Source: an uncultured Thermoplasmata archaeon
Lineage (GTDB): Archaea > Thermoplasmatota > Thermoplasmata > Lutacidiplasmatales > UBA184
Direction of reading: 5' to 3'
Length of the DNA stretch: 64,000 nucleotides
Assembly (NCBI GenBank): GCA_963809035.1
Contig: CAWEHV010000002.1
Location: 1,312,113 to 1,376,112, forward strand
Shown here: positions 40,884 through 51,005 of the stretch, piece after piece
Layout of the letters: each line of letters opens with the position of its first letter
How positions within the stretch are numbered: the stretch's first letter is position 1
The notes under the pieces: model-generated
What the model was told of the DNA's origin: nothing
Database searches by the model: none
The model's input: the letters and a program-made list of their open reading frames with translations, nothing else
Translations under genes and position numbers: made by a program

Positions 40884-43800
40884 ATGGCCGACCGGCGAGC
40901 GGTGACCGTGGCTGTGACCTTGGTGATCGGAGTTCTCGGTACTCTCGTCGTTGGGCCTCCTGGCAGGGCTGGGAACCTCCCCTTCCGCAGCCCACGGGGC
41001 GGCGTTGCATGTGGCTTCCTCGCGCAGCACTGCTCCAGCCTCGGCTGGAGGCGCTCGCTCCCCTGGCGCCCTTATGGCATCCGAGCTGGGCTTGAACGGT
41101 GTCGGCGGCAACGCTCTCCCCAATCCGGTGGCGGTCGAGGCGCTCGCCCAGGCCAAAGCATCGGGGGTACCCACGACCGATGTCTTCGTCCCCCGCGCTG
41201 GAGCCACTCCGGCCGAGGTCGCCCAGTCCATGGCCAAAGGCCACGTTACGCCGCTTTACGGTGGGGACACTCCGGCCCCGATCGGTCTCGCTGACTACGG
41301 TCTCTCCGCCAACCCGAACGGCAACGGCAGTATCGTGCCCTCGATCCTCAACACGCCCAGCGTGAAGGCCACTTTCGCCCCCAATGCGACCGGCATCCAG
41401 CCCCTCTACCCGTTCGACAGCACACCGGACGGCTACGGAGTGCAGCTGAACGCCGTCACGACCAACATCAGCCTCCTTGGCAACTCGAGCTACTCGTTCT
41501 GGACGCAGAATGTCGTGGAGTACTTGGCCCACGCGCACGAGCTGATCCTCGTCACGAACGTATGGAACTTCTCGAGCCCCTTGTCCTCGCTCTCAGCGAA
41601 CGCCATCTACCAGCACGGCGCCTACGGAACGCAGGTCGGCACCGAACTGTACTACGCCGAATATCCGGTCCTGACCTCGATCACCTATCCGTTCAGCGTG
41701 GACCTTTGGATGAACAACTCCGTCATCTCCGGGCGCAATGCCGTGAATTTCACGGTGGCGTTGAATGAGAGCGGCGTCACGACCGTCTTCCCATACGACT
41801 ACGTCATCTTCAACTCGACCAACCTGACCTCCGGACCGGCGCCTCCGTCGAACTACACGGCCAACGGCTACCAGTACAATCCCCTCGGACTCACGGATGA
41901 CTTCGAGGTCGTTCTGGGAGGCCCGGGCGGCGGGTCCCAGGCCAACCTGTATGCGGCGGATGCGAACTTCACCCTCCAGTATTGGAACATCTCCTCCTCC
42001 TCGTACAAGACGGTCCCTAGTGCTTTCTCCTACGGCGGCGAGACCGGGGAGACCGTCACCGGTGCGTACGTCGGGTGGCACAACGGGACGAACGGAGCCC
42101 CCTATGGGGCCGTCCGAACCGGTCCGTCGATGCTGGTCGGGCTCTGGAACGCGACCGGGGCCCCGGGCTTGGGTCAGGTCAGTCTGACGCTCTCACCGGA
42201 GAATGCGTTCGTCTTCTTCGGCCCCAACTGGACGAGCAACTTCACCCAGGGGGACCTACCCTACTGGGCGCCTCAAGAGACGACCAATACCTTCTGGCTC
42301 GCCCCTGGGACGTACGACCTCACGGTCGCTCTGAGCGACTATTTCCCGGTGGTGCTGTCGGTGACCGTCACGCTCGGCTCGAACCCGATCAGTGCGACCC
42401 TGGCGCTCGACACCTTTGAGGGGATCTACACTCCGATCTGGGTCTGGAATAACGACCAGTACGCCGCCGTCTCGAGCGGCGGGAGCGGGACTCCGAGCGA
42501 CCCGTACCATATCTACAACGCTCAGACGAACTTCATGCCGAGCGTCTTCGGAACTTGGAACGATTTCGCGTTCCCGGTCTTCACCGGGGTGTTCCTCTTC
42601 GGCACGACCGCCTCGGTCGTACTTTCCAATATGTCGGCCCTGGTGACCAGCATGCCCTCCGGGCTGGCCGCCCCGACCGACTCCCTTGGCTACGTCTTCT
42701 ACAACGCCTCGAACGTGGCCCTGGTCAACTCGACCAACATCAGCGGCTGGTACTCGAGCGGGCTCTACGACCCGGTGGATGCCCCGGCCTTCGCCGGAAA
42801 CTACTACGGGACGTTCAGCGTCGTCCTGTGGGACTCGTCGGGGAACCTGATCGCCGACAACACGTTCGAAACGCAATCCGGCGGCCTCACTCTGTCCGGC
42901 GGATCGAGCAACACCGTCTTTGGCAACTCGTTCACGATGGTACCCTTCCCGACGTTCCCGCACCCGACCGTCCTGTCGGGCCTGAACCAGAGCCTCGGCC
43001 TGCAGGAGACGGAGAGCGGGGACCTGGTCTACGGCAATGCGTTCGACACGACCGTCACCGCCGTGACCGAACCCTACGATCTCTACAACGGGAATCCCCT
43101 CGCTCCGCTCGAGACATGGAACATCACCCCCACGCCGGCGGCGACGATCCACTACGCGACGAACTTCCCCGACTTCCCCCTCACCGGGACGATCGTTGGC
43201 AACTCGACCCAGGGCGGCAACTACTGGTGGGACTACGGCGGGGCCTCCAACCCCCTCGGCACCCTTCCCTACACCGAGGTCCTGGTCGGGATCTCCCAGA
43301 TCTTCACCGGCGGCGACTACTGGCCCCTCGTCGCACCCACGCCCGCGAGCTACCTGGCCGCGTTCACAGAGAGCGGGCTGCCGGCCAGCACACCCTGGGA
43401 GATCTACCTCGCCGGCACCCACCCCGGGTCGAACCGGACGATCCAGTTCGACCTCACCAACGGCAGCTACCCCTGGTCCGTCGGCGCGGTGAGCGGCTAC
43501 GTAGCCCTGCCTCCCAACGGGACCCTGGTGGTCGCGGGCGAGCCGACGAACATCACGATCGCCTTCACCCCGGCGGTGCCCCCGACGACCTACCGGGTGA
43601 CGTTCAGCGAGACCGGCCTACCGAACGGAACGGCCTGGGCGGTCATCCTGGGCAGCCAGACGAACTCGTCGACCACCACCGTTGTCACCTTCGAGGATCC
43701 GAACGGGACCTTCCCCTTCTCGTTCGGGAACGTGTCCGGGTATCGGCCGACCCCGGTGAACGGACAGGTCACGGTCCATGGGGCCGCCCAGGGCCAGAGC

Positions 43801-44754
43801 GTGGCCTTCGCTGCGAGTTCGCGGACCTACACGCTCACCTTCTCCGAGACGGGCCTGCCGACCGGGACGCTGTGGTCCGTGGCCGTCGGACTCTCGAACC
43901 TGAACTCCACCGGCCCCGAGATCAATTTCAGCGTGACTCCAGGGACCCATGGCTATGAGATCGGCACGGTCGCTGGATACCAGTCCTCGCCCGCGAGCGG
44001 GGCGACGACGGTCCTGGCCGCGAACCAGACGATCTTGGTGGCGTTCACCAAACTAGCGAGCGGGGAGTACACGGTGACCTTCACCGAGTCGGGCCTTTCC
44101 ACGGGCACCAGTTGGTCGGTGACGATTGGTTCGACCACCCAACCCTCGACGGGGACCACGGTCGTCTTCACCGAGCTCAATGGGACGTACGCCTACTCGG
44201 TCACCACGGTCCCCGGCTATACCCTCGCTAAGTCCTCCGGGTCGATCACGGTCTCCGGAGCGAACACGGGGACCGCCGTGGCCTTCTCCGCCATCCCCCC
44301 TGGGAAGTACGCGCTCACGTTCACGGAGAGCGGTCTACCCGGCGGGACGAACTGGTCCGTGACGATCGGCACCTCCACCGTCTTTTCGAACGGGGGGAAC
44401 GTGGTCGCCTTCCAAGAGGCGAACGGTACGGCTTCTTACCAGGTCGCGTCGGTCGACGGATATACGGCCAGCCCGAGCGCCGGCTCGGTGGACCTCGCGG
44501 GGGCGGCCAAGGATGTGGCCGTCACGTTCTCCAGCAGTGGATCCTCGGGCTCCTCCAGCAGCGGGCTGTCCACTCTGGACTGGACGATCATCGCGGTGGT
44601 GGTCTTGCTGATCGTGATCGCGGCGGTGTTCGCGCTCTCCCGTCGCGGGCGCGGTGGTCCGAGCGCTACCATTCCGCCGGAGGGCTCCCCCACGGAACCG
44701 GTCGAGCCCGCGGGGCCCGGCGGGCCTCCGGCGGGGGGCGGGGATACGCCGTAG
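40884..44754 (+). CDS. Thermopsin (peptidase A5)-like giant surface protein + beta-helix region + 7 'FxESGLPxGTxW' repeats + C-terminal TM anchor; signal peptide separated from the body by a 1-nt frameshift near 40938
   Basis: Frame 0 'MADRRAVTVAVTLVIGVL' and frame 1 'SSLGLLAGLGTSP' together match the paralog N-terminus 'MADRRVMLLTVTLVTLVMILSSLGLLSVGA'. 'FWTQNVVEYL...LVTNVWNFSS', 'FEVVLGGPGGGSQANLYAADANFTLQYW' and 'FSYGGETGETVTGAY' align with thermopsin blocks (YWLQDVGQF..IDNVWNLTG, AELVWGGGGNG.., FGADTAEAAYN). C-terminus 'SSSSGLSTLDWTIIAVVVLLIVIAAVFALSRRGRGG'. Confidence 0.7.
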
Positions 44755-44892
44755 TTGTGTCCGGGCGCCCCAAAGCACCACCGCTTCCTCGCTGCCCGCC
44801 TACGGCCGCCCCACGACGGTCTTTGTCACTGGAAGAACCCCTCGAGATCGAGACGCCGGTTTTGTCCGGATGGACGTTAAGTAGAGGGGGGC

Positions 44893-47800
44893 GTGTGGCC
44901 GGCCGAAATGGCCGACCGACGAGTGATGCTCCTGACGGTGACCCTAGTGACCTTGGTGATGATCCTCTCCTCCCTTGGACTTCTGTCCGTGGGCGCCCGG
45001 GCCCCGGCCGGCCCTTCGAGGCCCTCGGGGGTCTCCCCGCTGGTCTCCGCGCCCGCCCCGCCCTCCCCCGCCCGGCCCGCGTCAACCCCGGTGGGCTTGG
45101 CCCAGGCCGGTACCACCCTCCCCACAACCTCGACCGCAGTGACTCCCACCGAGGGCGTTAATCCCGCGGTCGCCAAGGCAAAGCTCCTCATCGCCGAAAA
45201 GAAGCTGAACCCGTCGAGCGTCTTCTTCCCCGCGGCGGCACCGGCCACCCCCCCGTCCTCGACGTCCTCCCTTACCACTGCCTACACCGGCAACCCCGCG
45301 CCGATGGGTCTCTCGGACATCGGGCTCGGCTCGTCCGGTCCCTACATTTACAATAGCTCGAGCTTCGAGGCCTCGATCCACCTCAATTCGTTCACGGACT
45401 ACAATCCCGGCTACTCCGGGTGGGTCGCTCCGCCGAACTACATGACCTGGCAGCTGAACACGGTCACGGTCAACGTCTCTTTTCCGGGATCGACCACCGG
45501 GGTCTTCTGGATGCAGAACGTCGTCCACTTCAATGGGACCTCGCTGCAGTTCGAGAACAACATCTGGAACATGTCCAGCTCGAACGCAGCGCTCAACCCC
45601 GGTACGCTCCTGAATTACAACGGTACCCTGGTCGCGGGCTCGTTCTACTACATCTACGGTCCGACCTTCCAGGTGACGTATCCCTTCACGCTGGACCTGT
45701 ACAACAACATCACCTCGCGGGGCGGGCACCCGGGGCTTTACTTCAACTACACTCTCACCAACACGACCACGGGATCCCACACCGGCTCGTTCGACTACGT
45801 GACCTTCAACGGGACGACCTCGCTGAGCGCTCCCCCGCAGTTCTCCGTGAACGGAAAGCACTACAACCCGTTCGGCGCCACTCCCTACCTGCTCTGGGAC
45901 GCGGAGCTCATCTTCGGCGGGAACGGGGGCGGTGCCAACGCGGTCATCACGAACCTCAACGGAACCTCCACCCTCCGGTTCTGGGACAAGACGGCCGCGA
46001 AGTACGAGAACGTCCGGTCCGCGTACGATTACGGCGTGGACACGGGCGAGACCGCCGACGGGGTCGCCGCGGCGTACCAGGGGACGACCGAACTCCTGAG
46101 CCAGGGGCCCTCGATGCTTTACGGGCTCTGGAACACCAGCGTCTCGTCCTGGGGGCCCGCGGCCAACCCGGGTTGGATCAACGTCGACCTGACCGGACAG
46201 CCGAGCTACGGGTTCGTCTTCGGCACGAACCAATCGTCCGCGAACTACCTGAGGGGCACCGGGAACTGGTCCTACTCCCCCTCGGGGGCGACCGGCACGA
46301 CGGTGACCCACCTGCCGCCCCCGGCCTCGGGGAACCCGTACGTCTTCCGGGCGTACGCGAACGGGTTCGGTCAGTCCAACCTCACGGTCAGCAACAACGC
46401 GTCCGGTGTAGCGGCGTTCTCGTTGGTGGCGAACTCTAAGTCGTTCGACACCCCCGTGTACCTCAGCACCACGGCCCAAGTGGCGGCGTTCGGTGCGGCG
46501 GGCCTGTCGGGCGTGACCTACTCTGCCCTGCACAACGGGCTCTGGATCAATAAGACGCAAGCTTCGTACGAGATCCCGTTCGACCTCCTGAACGATTTCC
46601 GGTACCCGGAATTCATGCTGTTCGCGGCCGACAACCTGTCCACGAACGTCTCGCTCAATCACTTCGTCCAGGACCCACTGACGTTCATCTACTGGAAGTA
46701 TGACGTCATCCGGGCCACGAGCTACTACGCGGACTTGACCCAGGGATACTTCTTCAACTACGGAACCGGCGTGTTCTCCGTGACGAACACGACGGTCGCG
46801 GGGAGCCCGTACCTCACCTACGACGCGGGCTTCACGGCGCTCTCCGCGGTCGAGTTCTGGCAAACCACGAACAGCCGGGCGGGCTGGATCATCACCAACG
46901 GGGACTCCTTCGGGGTCGACGTGATGAACAGCACCCGTGCGACCCTCTGGAACATCCAAGGAGAGACCGGCGCGAACGCGATCGCGGTCTTCTACTCGGA
47001 GTTCGTGACCGCCACGGACATCAGCTCCAACGGAACCGACCTCGGCGGCGGCGTGGCCGGCGTAACTCCCTTCCCGACGTGGGCGGCCTATCTCGAGCTC
47101 GACAGGTTCGTCTCCCTCAACGGGGTGACGGCCTCGAACGGCTCGGTCTGGGTATTCTCCGTAGATGATGGGGCCTTGGACCTCGTCAACTTCAGCGCCA
47201 CGAACAACGTCGTGCTGAACGGCGCAGGTCCCGAGTATGGGTTCATGGCTCTCTTCGAGGGCGACCTGGACGATACGCTTACCAACTGGGTGGCCACGAA
47301 CTCTTCGAGCTACTTCCCCTTTATCGCGACGTTCGTCGAGGTCGTAGGTCTCAGTGTGTACAATTTCAGTGTCTCGGGAGTGGCGCCGACGGGCACCCTG
47401 GATCCCGGCTCCCCGATCTACGGGATCGTGTTGGATATCCCATTCGGGTTCTACATCTCCGCGGAAGTCGACCTGGTCGACGTCACGGCCACGTTCGGCG
47501 CGGTCGCCGTCCTGGGCGAGTACGTCATCGGCCTGACCGTAGACGACATCACCGCGACCGCCGGAGGTTCCGCCGTGGTCTTGGAGGAGGCGGAAAATTT
47601 CGTCGCGTCCAACGTCAGCGCGTCGTCGGCGGGAATCGGCATATTCGTCGCCTTGGCGACCAACGTGACCGCATGGAACGTCACCTCCAGCGCCGGATCG
47701 GTCGGCGTTTTCGTCGAGGGGGCCGTCAATGTCGATGTTTGGAACGTCAACGCGACCTCTCCCAGCCTTGGCCCCGCATATTTCAGCAACGTTGCCCTCA

Positions 47801-49878
47801 ACGGAATGATCCCGAACGCCGGGGTCGCCCTGTTCGAGAACGAGAATGAGACGGTCTCCAACGTCTCGACGGTCGACTACGCCTACGGCGTCTGGGACAA
47901 CTCCTCCGCGGACGGGGTCGCCTTCTCGAACATCACGTCGTGGAACGGCGGCACCGCGGTCGCGTTCAACGGTACCAACGGGGCCACCGTATCCTCCGTG
48001 TTCGCCTACGGCAACCAGTGGGGCGCGACGTTCCTCAACACGACCGCCACGACCGTGACCGCGAGCACCTTCGAGGGCTCGGCGAGCTACGGAGTGACCG
48101 TGACGGGGGGAAGTGGGTTCGTCGCCTACGGGAACAACTTCGTGGCGAACAACGGAGCCTCCACGAACGGCACGTTCAACGCCGCGACCGTCCAAGCCTC
48201 GGTGTTCTTGCCCTCGGCGATGTTCACGTACCTCGGGATCGGCAACTACTGGTCCGACTGGGACGGCTCGGGATCCTACACGATCAACGGCGCGGTGTCC
48301 GACACGGCACCGCTCGCTGCCTTCATCTCGAGCTGGCTCGAGATCAACGAGACCGGCCTCCCGGCGGGCTTCGCCTGGGGATTCACCCTGGACACGGTCG
48401 ACTACACCACCTCCGCCCCCCTCGTGTTCATCCCGAGCTGGAGCCTCGCGGACGCGACGCTCGGGTTCGTCGTGAACCCGCCCACCGGCTACACGCCCAC
48501 GCCCGCCTCCGGGACGATCCCGTACGCCGGCGCGAACACGACGGTGACCATCTCGTTCGTGAAGGCGCACTACAACGTAGTGTTCCAAGAGAGCGGCCTT
48601 CCCTCGGGCACGACCTGGAGCGTCACGTTCAACGGGACGACCCTGCAGGACACGACGGTCGGAAGCACCGGGTCGATCACGTTCTCGGTGTACGACGGCA
48701 GCTATCCCTACACCGTCGGGTCGGTGACCAACTACAACTCCGCTCCGTCGAGCGGGACGAAGGCCGTGTCGGGAGCCAACGTGAACGTGCCGATCGTCTT
48801 CACCCACGTGCCTGTGGCCTACTCGGTGACCTTCACCGAGTCGGGTCTGGTGCCGGGAACGTCCTGGTCGGTCACGCTCGGGTCGAGCACGAAGTCGTCC
48901 ATGAACACGACGATCGTGTTCTCCGAGCTCAACGCGAGCTACATCTACACCATCCCGAACGCCGACGGCCTCATACCGGCCCCTAGCGCGGGAACGATCG
49001 CGGTCAACGGGACGAACACGGGGCTGTCGGTCGTCTTCACCGCCGCCCCGGTGGGGACCTACGCGGTGGTGTTCAACGAGGCCGGCCTGGGACCCGGCAC
49101 CAACTGGTCGGTGACGATCGGTTCCTCGACGTTGTACTCTCGCGGGGGGACGAGCGTGACCTTTGAGCTCGTCAACGGCTCGTACACCTACCTGGTCAAC
49201 GCGGTCCCCGGCTACAAGATCGAGCAGGTGAGCGGTAGTGTGCAGGTGACGGGTCAGCCCCAATCATTCACCGTCACCTTCGTCGCTACCCCGTTCACCT
49301 ACACGATCACCTTCGCGGAGACCGGACTTCCGAGCGGCACCGACTGGTCGGTGACGATCGGGACCACGACGCACTACTCGGACGGGAACGCGACCGTCAC
49401 CTTCCAGGAAGGGAACGGGACGTACAGCTACCAGGTCGGGTCGGTCACGGGCTACTCGGTCTCGCCGTCGAGCGGCCCCCTCACCCTGACGGGCGCCGGG
49501 ACGAGCGTGAATCTCGCGTTCACGAGCACGGGCTCCAGTTCCTCGTCCTCCGGGCTATCGACCCTCGACTGGGCGATCATCGGGATCGTCATCGCGATCC
49601 TCGTGATCGTCCTGGTCGTGGCCCTGGTGATGCGCGGACGCGGCGGGTCGGGGTCCGGAGCGACCACTGACACCACCTCGACGACGACCTCCGACGAGAC
49701 GGTGAGTCCAGAACCGTGGGCGGAGGAAAGCCCCCCGGAGAGTCCCCCTAGTTCCCTGAACGGGAACCGGGACCAACCCTTTCCTCTCCTTTCTTCCCGA
49801 ATGCATCCGACCGCTGGACCGCTGCCTCAGCGTGCCTCGAGACCTTGGACCCGGGCGGAAAGGGTTGGAGACCGGTAG
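44893..49878 (+). CDS. Thermopsin (peptidase A5)-like giant surface protein (1661 aa) with extended parallel beta-helix region, 7 'FxESGLPxGTxW' repeats and C-terminal TM anchor
   Basis: 'VFWMQNVVHFNGTSLQFENNIWNMSS', 'LWDAELIFGGNGGGANAV', 'YDYGVDTGETADGVAAAYQG'. Middle region has N/G/S/T-rich beta-helix-like repeats. C-terminus 'SSSSSGLSTLDWAIIGIVIAILVIVLVVALVMRGRGGSG'. Confidence 0.75.
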   Translation: MWPAEMADRRVMLLTVTLVTLVMILSSLGLLSVGARAPAGPSRPSGVSPLVSAPAPPSPARPASTPVGLAQAGTTLPTTSTAVTPTEGVNPAVAKAKLLIAEKKLNPSSVFFPAAAPATPPSSTSSLTTAYTGNPAPMGLSDIGLGSSGPYIYNSSSFEASIHLNSFTDYNPGYSGWVAPPNYMTWQLNTVTVNVSFPGSTTGVFWMQNVVHFNGTSLQFENNIWNMSSSNAALNPGTLLNYNGTLVAGSFYYIYGPTFQVTYPFTLDLYNNITSRGGHPGLYFNYTLTNTTTGSHTGSFDYVTFNGTTSLSAPPQFSVNGKHYNPFGATPYLLWDAELIFGGNGGGANAVITNLNGTSTLRFWDKTAAKYENVRSAYDYGVDTGETADGVAAAYQGTTELLSQGPSMLYGLWNTSVSSWGPAANPGWINVDLTGQPSYGFVFGTNQSSANYLRGTGNWSYSPSGATGTTVTHLPPPASGNPYVFRAYANGFGQSNLTVSNNASGVAAFSLVANSKSFDTPVYLSTTAQVAAFGAAGLSGVTYSALHNGLWINKTQASYEIPFDLLNDFRYPEFMLFAADNLSTNVSLNHFVQDPLTFIYWKYDVIRATSYYADLTQGYFFNYGTGVFSVTNTTVAGSPYLTYDAGFTALSAVEFWQTTNSRAGWIITNGDSFGVDVMNSTRATLWNIQGETGANAIAVFYSEFVTATDISSNGTDLGGGVAGVTPFPTWAAYLELDRFVSLNGVTASNGSVWVFSVDDGALDLVNFSATNNVVLNGAGPEYGFMALFEGDLDDTLTNWVATNSSSYFPFIATFVEVVGLSVYNFSVSGVAPTGTLDPGSPIYGIVLDIPFGFYISAEVDLVDVTATFGAVAVLGEYVIGLTVDDITATAGGSAVVLEEAENFVASNVSASSAGIGIFVALATNVTAWNVTSSAGSVGVFVEGAVNVDVWNVNATSPSLGPAYFSNVALNGMIPNAGVALFENENETVSNVSTVDYAYGVWDNSSADGVAFSNITSWNGGTAVAFNGTNGATVSSVFAYGNQWGATFLNTTATTVTASTFEGSASYGVTVTGGSGFVAYGNNFVANNGASTNGTFNAATVQASVFLPSAMFTYLGIGNYWSDWDGSGSYTINGAVSDTAPLAAFISSWLEINETGLPAGFAWGFTLDTVDYTTSAPLVFIPSWSLADATLGFVVNPPTGYTPTPASGTIPYAGANTTVTISFVKAHYNVVFQESGLPSGTTWSVTFNGTTLQDTTVGSTGSITFSVYDGSYPYTVGSVTNYNSAPSSGTKAVSGANVNVPIVFTHVPVAYSVTFTESGLVPGTSWSVTLGSSTKSSMNTTIVFSELNASYIYTIPNADGLIPAPSAGTIAVNGTNTGLSVVFTAAPVGTYAVVFNEAGLGPGTNWSVTIGSSTLYSRGGTSVTFELVNGSYTYLVNAVPGYKIEQVSGSVQVTGQPQSFTVTFVATPFTYTITFAETGLPSGTDWSVTIGTTTHYSDGNATVTFQEGNGTYSYQVGSVTGYSVSPSSGPLTLTGAGTSVNLAFTSTGSSSSSSGLSTLDWAIIGIVIAILVIVLVVALVMRGRGGSGSGATTDTTSTTTSDETVSPEPWAEESPPESPPSSLNGNRDQPFPLLSSRMHPTAGPLPQRASRPWTRAERVGDR

Positions 49879-49915
49879 GGGACCTGACCCGGGCCGGCCC
49901 TTCTCGAGTACCGGC

Positions 49916-50200
49916 CTAGCAGGCCCCGCGCGCGACGACTTCCTCGCAGTGCGAAGCCGGGGCAACTGAAAGGGTTCCCATCTGGCCGAACGGAGCGAAG
50001 TAGTCCTGGACCGCTTTCTCGTTGGGCGCCTCCACGATCAGATAGAGGTGGTGGCCACCCGTAGTTACGGCGTCCCCGTGGACCTTGATCCCGTGCTGGC
50101 CGGCCCCGTGGATGATCGCGAGGAGCCCTTGGGCCATCTGGGGGTTCTGAGCGGGGCATCGTTCGGCGGGGTGCGTGTGTTCGGCGACGTACAGAGCCAT
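49916..50200 (-). CDS. Small conserved protein, paralog of the disrupted 33779 gene
   Basis: 'MALYVAEHTHPAERCPAQNPQMAQGLLAIIHGAGQHGIKVHGDAVTTGGHHLYLIVEAPNEKAVQDYFAPF'; start taken at internal Met matching the paralog. Confidence 0.4.
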   Translation of the reverse strand: MALYVAEHTHPAERCPAQNPQMAQGLLAIIHGAGQHGIKVHGDAVTTGGHHLYLIVEAPNEKAVQDYFAPFGQMGTLSVAPASHCEEVVARGAC

Positions 50201-50368
50201 GGTCCCCCGTGTCCGGTGGGGGTCTTGAGGGTGGGCTTTTGCGTCAGAACGACTGCGCGGGGCGATTTCCGCGTCATTCCCGCCCTGGAACGGCGTCCAG
50301 GACGCGGTTTCGGGCGCTGCCGATCCCACCGGGACCTGGACGACCGACCGCGTCGGTCCGGGCGAACG

Positions 50369-50908
50369 CTAACCCCCGCCGGTGACGAGCGCCTGACCGC
50401 ACGCCATGCAGTGGTTCGAGCCGGGGGGGTTCTGCTTCCCGCATCGGGTACACCACACCGGGCCCGCCGCCGGGGCCGCAGCCGCCGTCGGCGCGAACGG
50501 GGCAGCCGGTGGGGGCGCAGGGGCGCTCGCCGGGGGCATCCCGGAGGGGAGCGGGTGCTGACCGCGGGCCTGCTGGATCGAGTTCATCCACTCCTGGGCC
50601 CGGGGGGTCTGGAAGTGGTAGACGTAGGCCCCCCCGTTTGCCTCGACTCGCAAGGTGTGCCACCCGGACGGAGCGGGAGCCGCGGTGACGTTCGTGATCG
50701 ACCGTACTTCCAGGTTCAGCATCGGGGGCATCGTCTGCGGGGCGAGACCCAGCGCCTGGTCGAATCCGTACCCCGAGGAGTACGGCGAGGCGGTCTCGAA
50801 GACGAGACGGAGGTTCGTGAGAAAGAGCGTCCCCGGGATCTGCTGGGGGGGCGCCCACGCATACAGCTGTTCGGAGCAGACGCCGACCTCACCGGGGTAG
50901 AGCATCAT
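50369..50908 (-). CDS. PH/GRAM-like domain protein with Pro/Ala-rich linker and C-terminal zinc ribbon
   Basis: 'GTLFLTNLRLVFE' bacterial-PH-like core; 'CTRCGKQNPPGSNHCMACGQ' zinc ribbon. Confidence 0.4.
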   Translation of the reverse strand: MMLYPGEVGVCSEQLYAWAPPQQIPGTLFLTNLRLVFETASPYSSGYGFDQALGLAPQTMPPMLNLEVRSITNVTAAPAPSGWHTLRVEANGGAYVYHFQTPRAQEWMNSIQQARGQHPLPSGMPPASAPAPPPAAPFAPTAAAAPAAGPVWCTRCGKQNPPGSNHCMACGQALVTGGG

Positions 50909-51005
50909 GATGGAGCCACCTGCCGGTGAAAGCAGGAGAGAGCCACTCTAAGAACGTTCCCCCCCGGGCCCGAGCTCCGGGCCGGTCGGCGAACCTGCGA
51001 AGACC

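Noticed and set aside
43190-43260. 'NYWWDYGG' in the thermopsin-like protein, resembling the WWDYG motif of AglB/STT3 oligosaccharyltransferases
   Set aside because: The context is a soluble beta-helix region of a secreted protein, not the C-terminal domain of a 13-TM OST; it is most likely a coincidental pentapeptide.
45082-49263. 1393-aa antisense ORF inside the 44893-49878 gene, plus similar long antisense or alternative-frame ORFs (3788-5059, 4092-5039, 42256-43422, 42555-43958, 55114-56772, 59458-60576, 60573-62657, 61771-62712, 53474-54505, 39022-39810, 39932-40540)
   Set aside because: They are Arg/Gly/Pro-rich low-complexity translations with no motifs. High GC suppresses stop codons in non-coding frames. 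The sense-strand genes have clear signal peptides, domain motifs and repeat structure.
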